Below, one piece after another: positions 42,370 to 56,535 of a stretch of 64,000 nucleotides of DNA (within the stretch, counting starts at the first letter, position 1; the number at the start of each line of letters is the position of its first letter). The DNA comes from the human T2T-CHM13v2.0 reference genome, Homo sapiens: positions 35,808,001-35,872,000 of the forward strand of contig CP086569.2 in NCBI GenBank assembly GCA_009914755.4, in the 5' to 3' direction. The notes below the pieces were generated by a model. The model saw nothing but the letters and a program-made list of their open reading frames with translations. It ran no database searches and was not told the origin of the DNA. Both the position numbers and the translations under genes were made by a program.

Positions 42370-45300
42370 GACTGGAATGGAATGTTCTCGAAGTGAATGG
42401 ACTCCAATGGAATGGATTCGAAAGGAATGGAATCTAATGGAATGGAATTAAATGGAAATGAATCAAATTGAATAGAACGGAATTGAATTGAATGGAATCG
42501 AATGCAATGGAATCTAATGAAACGGAAAGGAAAGGAATGGAATGGATTGGAATGGAATGGGCTGGAATGGAATGGAATCGAAACGAATGGAATGGAATCG
42601 AACTGAAGAGACTGGAATGGAATGCACTGGAATGGAAGGGAATGTAATGGAAGGTTCTCGAAAAAAATGGAATCGAAAGGAATGGAATTGAATGGAACGG
42701 AATAGAGTCGAATGGAATTGAATGGAATGGAATGGACTAGAGTGAAATGGAATCGAACCACAAGGAATGGACAGGAATAGAATGGTCTCGAATTGAATGG
42801 AATCGTATGGAATGGCATCAAACGGAATGGAATGGACAGCCACGGAATGGAATGGACACCCACGGAATGGAATGCACTCGAATGCAATGGAGTCGACACT
42901 AATGGACTGGAATAGAATGGACTCGACTGGTACGGACTCCAATGGAATGGAATCGAATGGAAGGGAATCGAAAGGAATGGACTCGAAGGGAAAAGACTGC
43001 AATGGAAAGGTCTCGAATGGAATGGAAATTAATGGAATGGAATGGAATCGAATGAAATGGAGTCAAAAGGAATGGAATCGAATGGCAAGAAATCGAATGT
43101 AATGGAATCGCAAGGAATTGATGTGAACGGAACGGAATGGAATGGAATCCAAAGGAATGGAATAGAATGGAATGGAATCGAATGGAAAGGACTCGAATGG
43201 AAATCACTCGAATAGAATGCAATTTAATAAAATAGGATCAAATGTAATGGAATGGAATGGAAAGGAATCGAAACGAAAGGAATGGAGACAGATGGAATGG
43301 AATGGAACAGAGAGCAATGGTATAGAATGGAATGGAATCATCTGGAATGGAATTGAATGGAATGGAATAATATGAAATGGAATGGAATGGAATGGAATGC
43401 CCTTGAATTAAATGGACTGGAATGCAATGGACTCGAACAGAGTGGAATGGAATGTGTTGAAATAGAATGGAATGGACTCGTTTGGAATGGTCTAGTATGC
43501 AATGCAATCGACTGGCAGGGAATCAAAAGGAATGTAATCGAATGGATTGGACTGGAATGCAATGGACTCGAATAGATTGGAAGCAGAAAGCAAAGGAATG
43601 GAATGGAATAGTATGGAATGGAATGCAAAGGAATGGAGTGGAATAGACTAGAGTGGAATGGAATGGACTCGAAAGCAATGGACTGGAATGGAACTTTCTT
43701 GAATGGACTGGAATCAAACGGAATGGAATGCAATGCAATCAAATGGCATGGAATAAAATAGAATGAAAGAGAATCAAATGGAATTGAATCGAATGGAATC
43801 GAATGGATTGGAAAGGAATAGAATGGAATGGAATGGAATTGACTCAAATGGAATGGACTAGAATGGAATGGATTCGAATGGAAGGCAAAGGAATGGAATC
43901 TATTGGAATGGACTGTAATGGAATGGAATGGAAGGGATTGGAATGGACTCGAATGGAATGCGCTGCAATAGAAAGGATTCGAATGGAATGAAAAAGAATT
44001 GAATGGAATAGAACAGAATGGAATCAAATCGAATGAAATGGAATGGAATAGAAAGGAATGGAATGAAATGGAATGGAAAGGATTCGAATGGAATGCAATC
44101 GAATGGAATGCAATCGAATGGAATGGAATCGAACGGAATGGAATAAAATGGAAGAAAACTGGCAAGAAATGGAGTCGAAATGAATGGAGTGTTATGGAAC
44201 GGACTCAAAAGGAATTGAATGTAATAGAATGGAGTGGAGTGGACTCGAATATAATGGACTGGAGTGGAATGAAATCACATGGAATGGGAACGAATGGAAT
44301 GGAATGGAAAGGAATGGAATCGAATGGAAAGGAATCGAATGGAAGGGAATGAAATTGAATCAACAGGAATGGAAGGGAGTAGAATAGACGGTAATGGAAT
44401 GGACTCGAATAGAATGGACACGAATGCTCAAATTGAATGGACTCGAATGGAATGGAAACGAAAGGAATGTCATCGAATGGAATTGAATCTATTGGAATGA
44501 AATCACATAGAATGGAGTGGAATCAAATGGAATTGAATCGAAAGGAAAGGAAGCGAATGGACTGAAATGAAATGGAATGGAATTGAATGGAAATTAATGC
44601 AATGGAATAGAATGGAACGAAATTTCACGGAATGGAATCAAACTGAATGGAATCAAATCAATGGAATATAATCAAATGGAATGGAAAGGAATTGAATGGA
44701 GTAGATTGGATTGGATGGGATTGGAATGAAATGTACTGGAAAGGACTCGAATTTCATGAAACGGAATGGAATGAATTAGAACGGAATGGACTCGAATGGA
44801 ATGGAATGTCATGGAATGGCATCAAATGGAATGGAATCGAATGCGATGGAATGCTATGGAATGGAATGGAATGCATTGGAATGGAATGTCCTCTAATGGA
44901 ATGGATTTGAGTGGAATGGAATCGAATATAATGGAGTCTAATGAAATAGAATTGAAAGGAATGGGACCGAATACAATGGAATATACTGGAATGTAATGTA
45001 ATGAACTCGAATGTAATTGACTGGAATGGAATGTACATGAATGGAATGTAATCGAATGGAAAGCAATCCAATGGAATAGAATCTAATGCAATAAAATCGA
45101 CTCAAATAGAGTAGAATGTAATGGAATGGAGTGCAGTGCAATGGAATGGAATGGAATGGAATGCAATGGAATGGAATGGAATGGAATGGGATGGAATGGT
45201 ATGGAATGGATAGTAATGGACTGGAGTGAAATGGACTGGAAAAGAATGGACTCAAATTGAAAGGGCTCGAAAGGAATGGAGTCAAATGGAATGGTCTGGA

Positions 45301-45918
45301 ATGGAATGAACACGAATGTAATGCAATCCAATAGAATGGAATCGAATGGCATGGAATATAAAGAAATGGAATCGAAGAGAATGGAAACAAATGGAATGGA
45401 ATTGAATGGAATGGAATTGAATGGAATGGGAACGAATGGAGTGAAATTGTATGCAGTAGAAGAGAATAGAATGGAATGCAAGCGAAAGGAAAGGAATGGA
45501 TTGGAATGGAATGGAATTCATTGGAATGGAAGGGAATGTAGTGTAATGGACAGGCCTGGAATAAAGTGGAATGCTACGGTCTCGAATGGAATAAAAATGT
45601 ATGGAACGGAATGCAATGAAACGGAATCGAATGTCATAGAATGTAATGGAATGCAAAAAAATGGACTCCAAAATCATTGACTGGAAAGGCTGGGTGTCGA
45701 AAGGAATTGACTCCAATGGAATGGAATCGAATGGAATGGAAGTGAATAGAATCGAACTAAATCGAATGGAATGGAATTGATAGGAACGGAATGGAAAGGA
45801 ATGCAATGATTTGGCATGGAATGGAATCGAATGGCATCGAATGGAATGGAATGGAATGCAATGGAATGGAATGTATTAGAATGTAATGAACTTTAATGGA
45901 ATGTACTCGAATGGATTC
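42370..45918 (+). repeat. HSat3 HOR copy 13 (3549 bp), subtype B
   Basis: Near-identical to copy 2 at offset 38,835. Confidence 0.85.
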
Positions 45919-48900
45919 GACTGGAATGGAATGTTCTGGAAGTGAATGGACTCCAATGGAATGGATTCGAAAGGAATGGAAACTAATGGAATGGAATTAA
46001 ACGGAAATGAATCAAATAGAATAGAACGGAATTGAATTGAATGGAATCGAATGCAATGGAATCTAATGAAACGGAAAGGAATGGAATGGAATGGGCTGGA
46101 ATGGAATGGAATCGAAACGAATGGAATGGAATCGAACTGAAGAGACTGGAATGGAATGCACTGGAATGGAAGGGAATGTAATGGAAGGTTCTCGAAAAAA
46201 ATGGAATCGAAAGGAATGGAATTGAATGGAACGGAATAGAGTCGAATGGAATTCAATGGAATGGAATGGACTAGAGTGAAATGGAATCGAACCACAAGGA
46301 ATGGACAGGAATAGAATGGTCTCGAATTGAATGGAATCGTATGGAATGGCATCAAACGGAATGGAATGGACAGCCACGGAATGGAATGGACACCCACGGA
46401 ATGGAATGCACTCGAATGCAATGGAGTCGACACTAATGGACTGGAATAGAATGGACTCGACTGGTACGGACTCCAATGGAATGGAATCGAATGGAAGGGA
46501 ATCGAACGGAATGGACTCGAAGGGAAAAGACTGCAATGGAATGGTCTCGAATGGAATGGAAATTAATGGAATGGAATGGAATCGAATGAAATGGAGTCAA
46601 AAGGAATGGAATCGAATGGCAAGAAATCGAATGTAATGGAATCGCAAGGAATTGATGTGAACGGAACGGAATGGAATGGAATCCAAAGGAATGGAATAGA
46701 ATGGAATGGAATCGAATGGAAAGGACTCGAATGGAAATCACTCGAATAGAATGCAATTTAATAAAATAGGATCAAATGTAATGGAATGGAATGGAAAGGA
46801 ATCGAAACGAAAGGAATGGAGACAGATGGAATGGAATGGAACAGAGAGCAATGGTATAGAATGGAATGGAATCATCTGGAATGGAATTGAATGGAATGGA
46901 ATAATATGAAATGGAATGGAATGGAATGGAATGCCCTTGAATTAAATGGACTGGAATGCAATGGACTCGAACAGAGTGGAATGGAAAGTGTTGAAATAGA
47001 ATGGAATGGACTCGTTTGGAATGGTCTAGTATGCAATGCAATCGACTGGCAGGGAATCAAAAGGAATGTAATCGAATGGATTGGACTGGAATGCAATGGA
47101 CTCGAATAGATTGGAAACGGAAAGCAAAGGAATGGAATGGAATAGTATGGAATGGAATGCAAAGGAATGGAGTGGAATAGACTAGAGTGGAATGGAATGG
47201 ACTCGAAAGCAATGGACTGGAATGGAACTTTCTTGAATGGACTGGAATCAAACGGAATGGAATGCAATGCAATCAAATGGCATGGAATAAAATAGAATGA
47301 AAGAGAATCAAATGGAATTGAATCGAATGGAATCGAATGGATTGGAAAGGAATAGAATGGAATGGAATGGAATTGACTCAAATGGAATGGACTAGAATGG
47401 AATGGATTCGAATGGAAGGCAAAGGAATGGAATCTATTGGAATGGACTGTAATGGAATGGAATGGAAGGGATTGGAATGGACTCGAATGGAATGGACTGC
47501 AGTAGAAAGGATTCGAATGGAATGAAAAAGAATTGAATGGAATAGAACAGAATGGAATCAAATCGAATGAAATGGAATGGAATAGAAAGGAATGGAATGA
47601 AATGGAATGGAAAGGATTCGAATGGAATGCAATCGAATGGAATGCAATCGAATGGAATGGAATCGAACGGAATGGAATAAAATGGAAGAAAACTGGCAAG
47701 AAATGGAATCGAAATGAATGGAGTGTTATGGAACGGACTCAAAAGGAATTGAATGTAATAGAATGGAGTGGAGTGGACTCGAATATAATGGACTGGAATG
47801 GAATGAAATCACATGGAATGGGAACGAATGGAATGGAATGGAAAGGAATGGAATCGAATGCAAAGGAATCGAAAGGAAGGGAATGAAATTGAATCAACAG
47901 GAATGGAAGGGAGTAGAATAGACGGTAATGGAATGGACTCGAAGAGAATGGACACGAATGCTCAAATTGAATGGACTCGAATGGAATGGCAACGAAAGGA
48001 ATGTCATCGAATGGAATTGAATCGATTGGAATGAAATCACATAGAATGGAGTGGAATCAAATGGAATTGAATCGAAAGGAAAGGAAGCGAATGGACTGAA
48101 ATGAAATGGAATGGAATTGAATGGAAATTAATTCAATGGCATAGAATGGAACGAAATTTCACGGAATGGAATCAAACTGAATGGAATCAAATCAATGGAA
48201 TATAATCAAATGGAATGGAAAGGAATTGAATGGAGTAGATTGAATTGGATGGGATTGGAATGAAATGTACTGGAAAGGACTCGAATTTCATGAAACGGAA
48301 TGGAATGAATTAGAACGGAATGGACTCGAATGGAATGGAATGTCATGGAATGGCATCAAATGGAATGGGATCGAATGCGATGGAATGCTATGGAATGGAA
48401 TGGAATGCATTGGAATGGAATGTCCTCTAATGGAATGTATTCGAGTGGAATGGAATCGAATATAATGGAGTCTAATGAAATGGAATTGAAAGGAATGGGA
48501 CCGAATACAATGGAATATACTGGAATGTAATGTAATGAACTCGAATGTAATTGACTGGAATGGAATGTACATGAATGGAATGTAATCGAATGGAAAGCAA
48601 TCCAATGGAATAGAATCTAATGCAATAAAATCGACTCAAATAGAGTAGAATGTAATGGAATGGAGTGCAGTGCAATGGAATGGAATGGAATGGAATGCAA
48701 TGGAATGGAATGGAATGGAATGGGATGGAATGGTATGGAATGGATAGTAATGGACTGGAGTGAAATGGACTGGAAAAGAATGGACTCAAATTGAAAGGGC
48801 TCGAAAGGAATGGAGTCAAATGGAATGGTCTGGAATGGAATGAACATGAATGTAATGCAATCCAATAGAATGGAATCGAATGGCATGGAATATAAAGAAA

Positions 48901-49452
48901 TGGAATCGAAGAGAATGGAAACAAATGGAATGGAATTGAATGGAATGGAATTGAATGGAATGGGAACGAATGGAGTGAAATTGTATGCAGTAGAAGAGAA
49001 TAGAATGGAATGCAAGCGAAAGGAAAGGAATGGATTGGAATGGAATGGAATTCATTGGAATGGAAGGGAATGTAGTGTAATGGACAGGCCTGGAATAAAG
49101 TGGAATGCTACGGTCTCGAATGGAATAAAAATGTATGGAATGGAATGCAATGAAACGGAATCGAATGTCATAGAATGTAATGGAATGCAAAAAAATGGAA
49201 TCCAAAATCATTGACTGGAAAGGCTGGGTGTCGAAAGGAATTGACTCCAATGGAATGGAATCGAATGGAATGGAAGTGAATAGAATGGAACTAAATCGAA
49301 TGGAATGGAATTCATAGGAACGGAATGGAAAGGAATGCAATGATTTGGCATGGAATGGAATCGAATGGCATCGAATGGAATGGAATGGAATGCAATGGAA
49401 TGGAATGTATTAGAATGTAATGAACTTTAATGGAATGTACTCGAATGGATTC
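45919..49452 (+). repeat. HSat3 HOR copy 14 (3534 bp), subtype C
   Basis: The head matches copy 3 at offset 38,835. The tail (about 47.8-49.4 kb) diverges from copy 3 and resembles the copy 1/12 tail instead. Confidence 0.8.
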
Positions 49453-52400
49453 GACTGGAATGGAATGTTCTCGAAGTGAATGGACTCCAATGGAATGGAT
49501 TCGAAAGGAATGGAATCTAATGGAATGGAATTAAATGGAAATGAATCAAATTGAATAGAACGGAATTGAATTGAATGGAATCGAATGCAATGGAATCTAA
49601 TGAAACGGAAAGGAAAGGAATGGAATAGATTGGAATGGAATGGGCTGGAATGGAATGGAATCGAAACGAATGGAATGGAATCGAACTGAAGAGACTGGAA
49701 TGGAATGCACTGGAATGGAAGGGAATGTAATGGAAGGTTCTCGAAAAAAATGGAATCGAAAGGAATGGAATTGAATGGAACGGAATAGAGTCGAATGGAA
49801 TTCAATGGAATGGAATGGACTAGAGTGAAATGGAATCGAACCACAAGGAATGGACAGGAATAGAATGGTCTCGAATTGAATGGAATCGTATGGAATGGCA
49901 TCAATCGGAATGGAATGGACAGCCACGGAATGGAATGGACACCCACGGAATGGAATGCACTCGAATGCAATGGAGTCGACACTAATGGACTGGAATAGAA
50001 TGGACTCGACTGATACGGACTCCAATGGAATGGAATCGAATGGAAGGGAATCGAACGGAATGGACTCGAAGGAAAAAGACTGCAATGGAAAGGTCTCCAA
50101 TGGAATGGAAATTAATGGAATGGAATGGAATCGAATGAAATGGAGTCAAAAGGAATGGAATCGAATGGCAAGAAATCGAATGTAATGGAATCGCAAGGAA
50201 TTGATGTGAACGGAACGGAATGGAATGGAATCCAAAGGAATGGAATAGAATGGAATGGAATCGAATGGAAAGGACTCGAATGGACATCACTCGAATTGAA
50301 TGCAATTTAATAAAATAGGATCAAATGTAATGGAATGGAATGGAAAGGAATCGAAACGAAAGGAATGGAGACAGATGGAATGGAATGGAACAGAGAGCAA
50401 TGGTATAGAATGGAATGGAATCATCTGTAATGGAATTGAATGGAATGGAATAACATGAAATGGACTGGAATGGAATGGAATGCCCTTGAATTAAATGGAC
50501 TGGAATGGAATGGACTCGAACAGAGTGGAATGGAAAGTGTTGAAATAGAATGGAATGGACTCGTTTGGAATGGTCTAGTATGCAATGCAATCGACTGGCA
50601 GGGAATCAAAAGGAATGTAATCGAATGGATTGGACTGGAATGCAATGGACTCGAATAGATTGGAAACGGAAAGCAAAGGAATGGAATGGAATAGTATGGA
50701 ATGGAATGGAAAGGAATGGAGTGGAATAGACTAGAGTGGAATGGAATGGACTCGAAAGCAATGGACTGGAATGGAACTTTCTTGAATGGACTGGAATCAA
50801 ACGGAATGGAATGCAATGCAATCAAATGGCATGGAAGAAGATAGAATGAAAGAGAATGAAATGGAATTGAATCGAATGGAATCGAATGGATTGGAAAGGA
50901 ATAGAATGGAATGGAATGGAATTGACTCAAATGGAATGGACTAGAATGGAATGGATTCGAATGGAAGGCAAAGGAATGGAATCTATTGGAATGGACTGTA
51001 ATGGAATGGAATGGAAGGGATTGGAATGGACTCGAATGGAATGGACTGCAATAGAAAGGATTCGAATGGAATGAAAAAGAATTGAATGGAATAGAACAGA
51101 ATGGAATCAAATCGAATGAAATGGAATGGAATAGAAAGGAATGGAATGAAATGGAATGGAAAGGATTCGAATGGAATGCAATCGAATGGAATGCAATCTA
51201 ATGGAATGGAATCGAACGGAATGGAATAAAATGGAAGAAAACTGGCAAGAAATGGAGTCGAAATGAATGGAGTGTTATGGAACCGACTCAAAAGGAATTG
51301 AATGTAATAGAATGGAGTGGAGTGGACTCGAATATAATGGACTGGAATGGAATGAAATCACATGGAATGGGAACGAATGGAATGGAATGGAAAGGAATGG
51401 AATAGAATGGAAAGGAATCGAATGGAAGGGAATGAAATTGAATCAACAGGAATGGAAGGGAGTAGAATAGACGGTAATGGAATGGACTCGAATAGAATGG
51501 ACACGAATGCTCAAATTGAATGGACTCGAATGGAATGGAAACGAAAGGAATGTCATCGAATGGAATTGAATCGATTGGAATGAAATCACATAGAATGGAG
51601 TGGAATCAAATGGAATTGAATCGAAAGGAAAGGAAGCGAATGGACTGAAATGAAATGGAATGGAATTGAATGGAAATTAATGCAATGGAATAGAATGGAA
51701 CGAAATTTCACGGAATGGAATCAAACTGAATGGAATCAAATCAATGGAATATAATCAAATGGAATGGAAAGGAATTGAATGGAGTAGATTGGATTGGATG
51801 GGATTGGAATGAAATGTACTGGAAAGGACTCGAATTTCATGAAACGGAATGGAATGAATTAGAACGGAATGGACTCGAATGGAATGGAATGTCATGGAAT
51901 GGCATCAAATGGAATGGAATCGAATGCGATGGAATGCTATGGAATGGAATGGAATGCATTGGAATGGAATGTCCTCTAATGGAATGTATTCGAGTGGAAT
52001 GGAATCGAATATAATGGAGTCTAATGAAATGGAATTGAAAGGAATGGGACCGAATACAATGGAATATACTGGAATGTAATGTAATGAACTCGAATGTAAT
52101 TGACTGGAATGGAATGTACATGAATGGAATGTAATCGAATGGAAAGCAATCCAATGGAATAGAATCTAATGCAATAAAATCGACTCAAATAGAGTAGAAT
52201 GTAATGGAATGGAGTGCAGTGCAATGGAATGGAATGGAATGGAATGCAATGGAATGGAATGGAATGGAATGGAATGAGATGGAATGGTATGGAATGGATA
52301 GTAATGGACTGGAGTGAAATGGACTGGAAAAGAATGGACTCAAATTGAAAGGGCTCGAAAGGAATGGAGTCAAATGGAATGGTCTGGAATGGAATGAACA

Positions 52401-53006
52401 CGAATGTAATGCAATCCAATGGAATGGAATCGAATGGCATGGAATATAAAGAAATGGAATCGAAGAGAATGGAAACAAATGGAATGGAATTGAATGGAAT
52501 GGAATTGAATGGAATGGGAACGAATGGAGTGAAATTGTATGCAGTAGAAGAGAATAGAATGGAATGCAAGCGAAAGGAAAGGAATGGATTGGAATGGAAT
52601 GGAATTCATTGGAATGGAAGGGAATGTAGTGTAATGGACAGGCCTGGAATAAAGTGGAATGCTACGGTCTCGAATGGAATAAAAATGTATGGAATGGAAT
52701 GCAATGAAACGGAATCGAATGTCATAGAATGTAATGGAATGCAAAAAAATGGAATCCAAAATCATTGACTGGAAAGGCTGGGTGTCGAAAGGAATTGACT
52801 CCAATGGAATGGAATCGAATGGAATGGAAGTGAATAGAATGGAACTAAATCGAATGGAATGGAATTCATAGGAACGGAATGGAAAGGAATGCAATGATTT
52901 GGCATGGAATGGAATCGAATGGCATCGAATGGAATGGAATGGAATGCAATGGAATGGAATGTATTAGAATGTAATGAACTTTAATGGAATGTACTCGAAT
53001 GGATTC
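49453..53006 (+). repeat. HSat3 HOR copy 15 (3554 bp), subtype E
   Basis: Private variants shared with copy 16: ggaatggacatcactcgaattgaatgc, gactgatacgg, ggaaaaagactgc. Confidence 0.85.
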
Positions 53007-56000
53007 GACTGGAATGGAATGTTCTCGAAGTGAATGGACTCCAATGGAATGGATTCGAAAGGAATGGAATCTAATGGAATGGAATTAAATGGAAATGAAT
53101 CAAATTGAATAGAACGGAATTGAATTGAATGGAATCGAATGCAATGGAATCTAATGAAACGGAAAGGAAAGGAATGGAATGGATTGGAATGGAATGGGCT
53201 GGAATGGAATGGAATCGAAACGAATGGAATGGAATCGAACTGAAGAGACTGGAATGGAATGCACTGGAATGGAAGGGAATGTAATGGAAGGTTCTCGAAA
53301 AAAATGGAATCGAAAGGAATGGAATTGAATGGAACGGAATAGAGTCGAATGGAATTCAATGGAATGGAATGGACTAGAGTGAAATGGAATCGAACCACAA
53401 GGAATGGACAGGAATAGAATGGTCTCGAATTGAATGGAATCGTATGGAATGGCATCAATCAGAATGGAATGGACAGCCACGGAATGGAATGGACACCCAC
53501 GGAATGGAATGCACTCGAATGCAATGGAGTCGACACTAATGGACTGGAATAGAATGGACTCGACTGATACGGACTCCAATGGAATGGAATCGAATGGAAG
53601 GGAATCGAACGGAATGGACTCGAAGGAAAAAGACTGCAATGGAAAGGTCTCCAATGGAATGGAAATTAATGGAATGGAATGGAATCGAATGAAATGGAGT
53701 CAAAAGGAATGGAATCGAATGGCAAGAAATCGAATGTAATGGAATCGCAAGGAATTGATGTGAACGGAACGGAATGGAATGGAATCCAAAGGAATGGAAT
53801 AGAATGGAATGGAATCGAATGGAAAGGACTCGAATGGACATCACTCGAATTGAATGCAATTTAATAAAATAGGATCAAATGTAATGGAATGGAATGGAAA
53901 GGAATCGAAACGAAAGGAATGGAGACAGATGGAATGGAATGGAACAGAGAGCAATGGTATAGAATGGAATGGAATCATCTGGAATGGAATTGAATGGAAT
54001 GGAATAACATGAAATGGACTGGAATGGAATGGAATGCCCTTGAATTAAATGGACTGGAATGGAATGGACTCGAACAGAGTGGAATGGAAAGTGTTGAAAT
54101 AGAATGGAATGGACTCGTTTGGAATGGTCTAGTATGCAATGCAATCGACTGGCAGGGAATCAAAAGGAATGTAATCGAATGGATTGGACTGGAATGCAAT
54201 GGACTCGAATAGATTGGAAACGGAAAGCAAAGGAATGGAATGGAATAGTATGGAATGGAATGGAAAGGAATGGAGTGGAATAGACTAGAGTGGAATGGAA
54301 TGGACTCGAAAGCAATGGACTGGAATGGAACTTTCTTGAATGGACTGGAATCAAACGGAATGGAATGCAATGCAATCAAATGGCATGGAATAAAATAGAA
54401 TGAAAGAGAATGAAATAGAATTGAATCGAATGGAATCGAATGGATTGGAAAGGAATAGAATGGAATGGAATGGAATTGACTCAAATGGAATGGACTAGAA
54501 TGGAATGGATTCGAATGGAAGGCAAAGGAATGGAATCTATTGGAATGGACTGTAATGGAATGGAATGGAAGGGATTGGAATGGACTCGAATGGAATGGAC
54601 TGCAATAGAAAGGATTCGAATGGAATGAAAAAGAATTGAATGGAATAGAACAGAATGGAATCAAATCGAATGAAATGGAATGGAATAGAAAGGAATGGAA
54701 TGAAATGGAATGGAAAGGATTCGAATGGAATGCAATCGAATGGAATGCAATCTAATGGAATGGAATCGAACGGAATGGAATAAAATGGAAGAAAACTGGC
54801 AAGAAATGGAGTCGAAATGAATGGAGTGTTATGGAACCGACTCAAAAGGAATTGAATGTAATAGAATGGAGTGGAGTGGACTCGAATATAATGGACTGGA
54901 ATGGAATGAAATCACATGGAATGGGAACGAATGGAATGGAATGGAAAGGAATGGAATAGAATGGAAAGGAATCGAATGGAAGGGAATGAAATTGAATCAA
55001 CAGGAATGGAAGGGAGTAGAATAGACGGTAATGGAATGGACTCGAATAGAATGGACACGAATGCTCAAATTGAATGGACTCGAATGGAATGGAAACGAAA
55101 GGAATGTCATCGAATGGAATTGAATCGATTGGAATGAAATCACATAGAATGGAGTGGAATCAAATGGAATTGAATCGAAAGGAAAGGAAGCGAATGGACT
55201 GAAATGAAATGGAATGGAATTGAATGGAAATTAATGCAATGGAATAGAATGGAACGAAATTTCACGGAATGGAATCAAACTGAATGGAATCAAATCAATG
55301 GAATATAATCAAATGGAATGGAAAGGAATTGAATGGAGTAGATTGGATTGGATGGGATTGGAATGAAATGTACTGGAAAGGACTCGAATTTCATGAAACG
55401 GAATGGAATGAATTAGAACGGAATGGACTCGAATGGAATGGAATGTCATGGAATGGCATCAAATGGAATGGAATCGAATGCGATGGAATGCTATGGAATG
55501 GAATGGAATGCATTGGAATGGAATGTCCTCTAATGGAATGTATTCGAGTGGAATGGAATCGAATATAATGGAGTCTAATGAAATGGAATTGAAAGGAATG
55601 GGACCGAATACAATGGAATATACTGGAATGTAATGTAATGAACTCGAATGTAATTGACTGGAATGGAATGTACATGAATGGAATGTAATCGAATGGAAAG
55701 CAATCCAATGGAATAGAATCTAATGCAATAAAATCGACTCAAATAGAGTAGAATGTAATGGAATGGAGTGCAGTGCAATGGAATGGAATGGAATGGAATG
55801 CAATGGAATGGAATGGAATGGGATGGAATGGTATGGAATGGATAGTAATGGACTGGAGTGAAATGGACTGGAAAAGAATGGACTCAAATTGAAAGGGCTC
55901 GAAAGGAATGGAGTCAAATGGAATGGTCTGGAATGGAATGAACACGAATGTAATGCAATCCAATAGAATGGAATCGAATGGCATGGAATATAAAGAAATG

Positions 56001-56535
56001 GAATCGAAGAGAATGGAAACAAATGGAATGGAATTGAATGGAATGGGAACGAATGGAGTGAAATTGTATGCAGTAGAAGAGAATAGAATGGAATGCAAGC
56101 GAAAGGAAAGGAATGGATTGGAATGGAATGGAATTCATTGGAATGGAAGGGAATATAGTGTAATGGACAGGCCTGGAATAAAGTGGAATGCTACGGTCTC
56201 GAATGGAATAAAAATGTATGGAATGGAATGCAATGAAACGGAATCGAATGTCATAGAATGTAATGGAATGCAAAAAAATGGACTCCAAAATCATTGACTG
56301 GAAAGGCTGGGTGTCGAAAGGAATTGCCTCCAATGGAATGGAATCGAATGGAATGGAAGTGAATAGAATGGAACTAAATCGAATGGAATGGAATTGATAG
56401 GAACGGAATGGAAAGGAATGCAATGATTTGGCATGGAATGGAATCGAATGGCATCGAATGGAATGGAATGGAATGCAATGGAATGGAATGTATTAGAATG
56501 TAATGAACTTTAATGGAATGTACTCGAATGGATTC
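53007..56535 (+). repeat. HSat3 HOR copy 16 (3529 bp), subtype E
   Basis: Adjacent near-twin of copy 15. Confidence 0.85.

Larger units (their letters stand above)
38836..47735 (+). repeat. Partner copy of the 38,835-bp-offset block
   Basis: See the partner feature. Confidence 0.75.
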
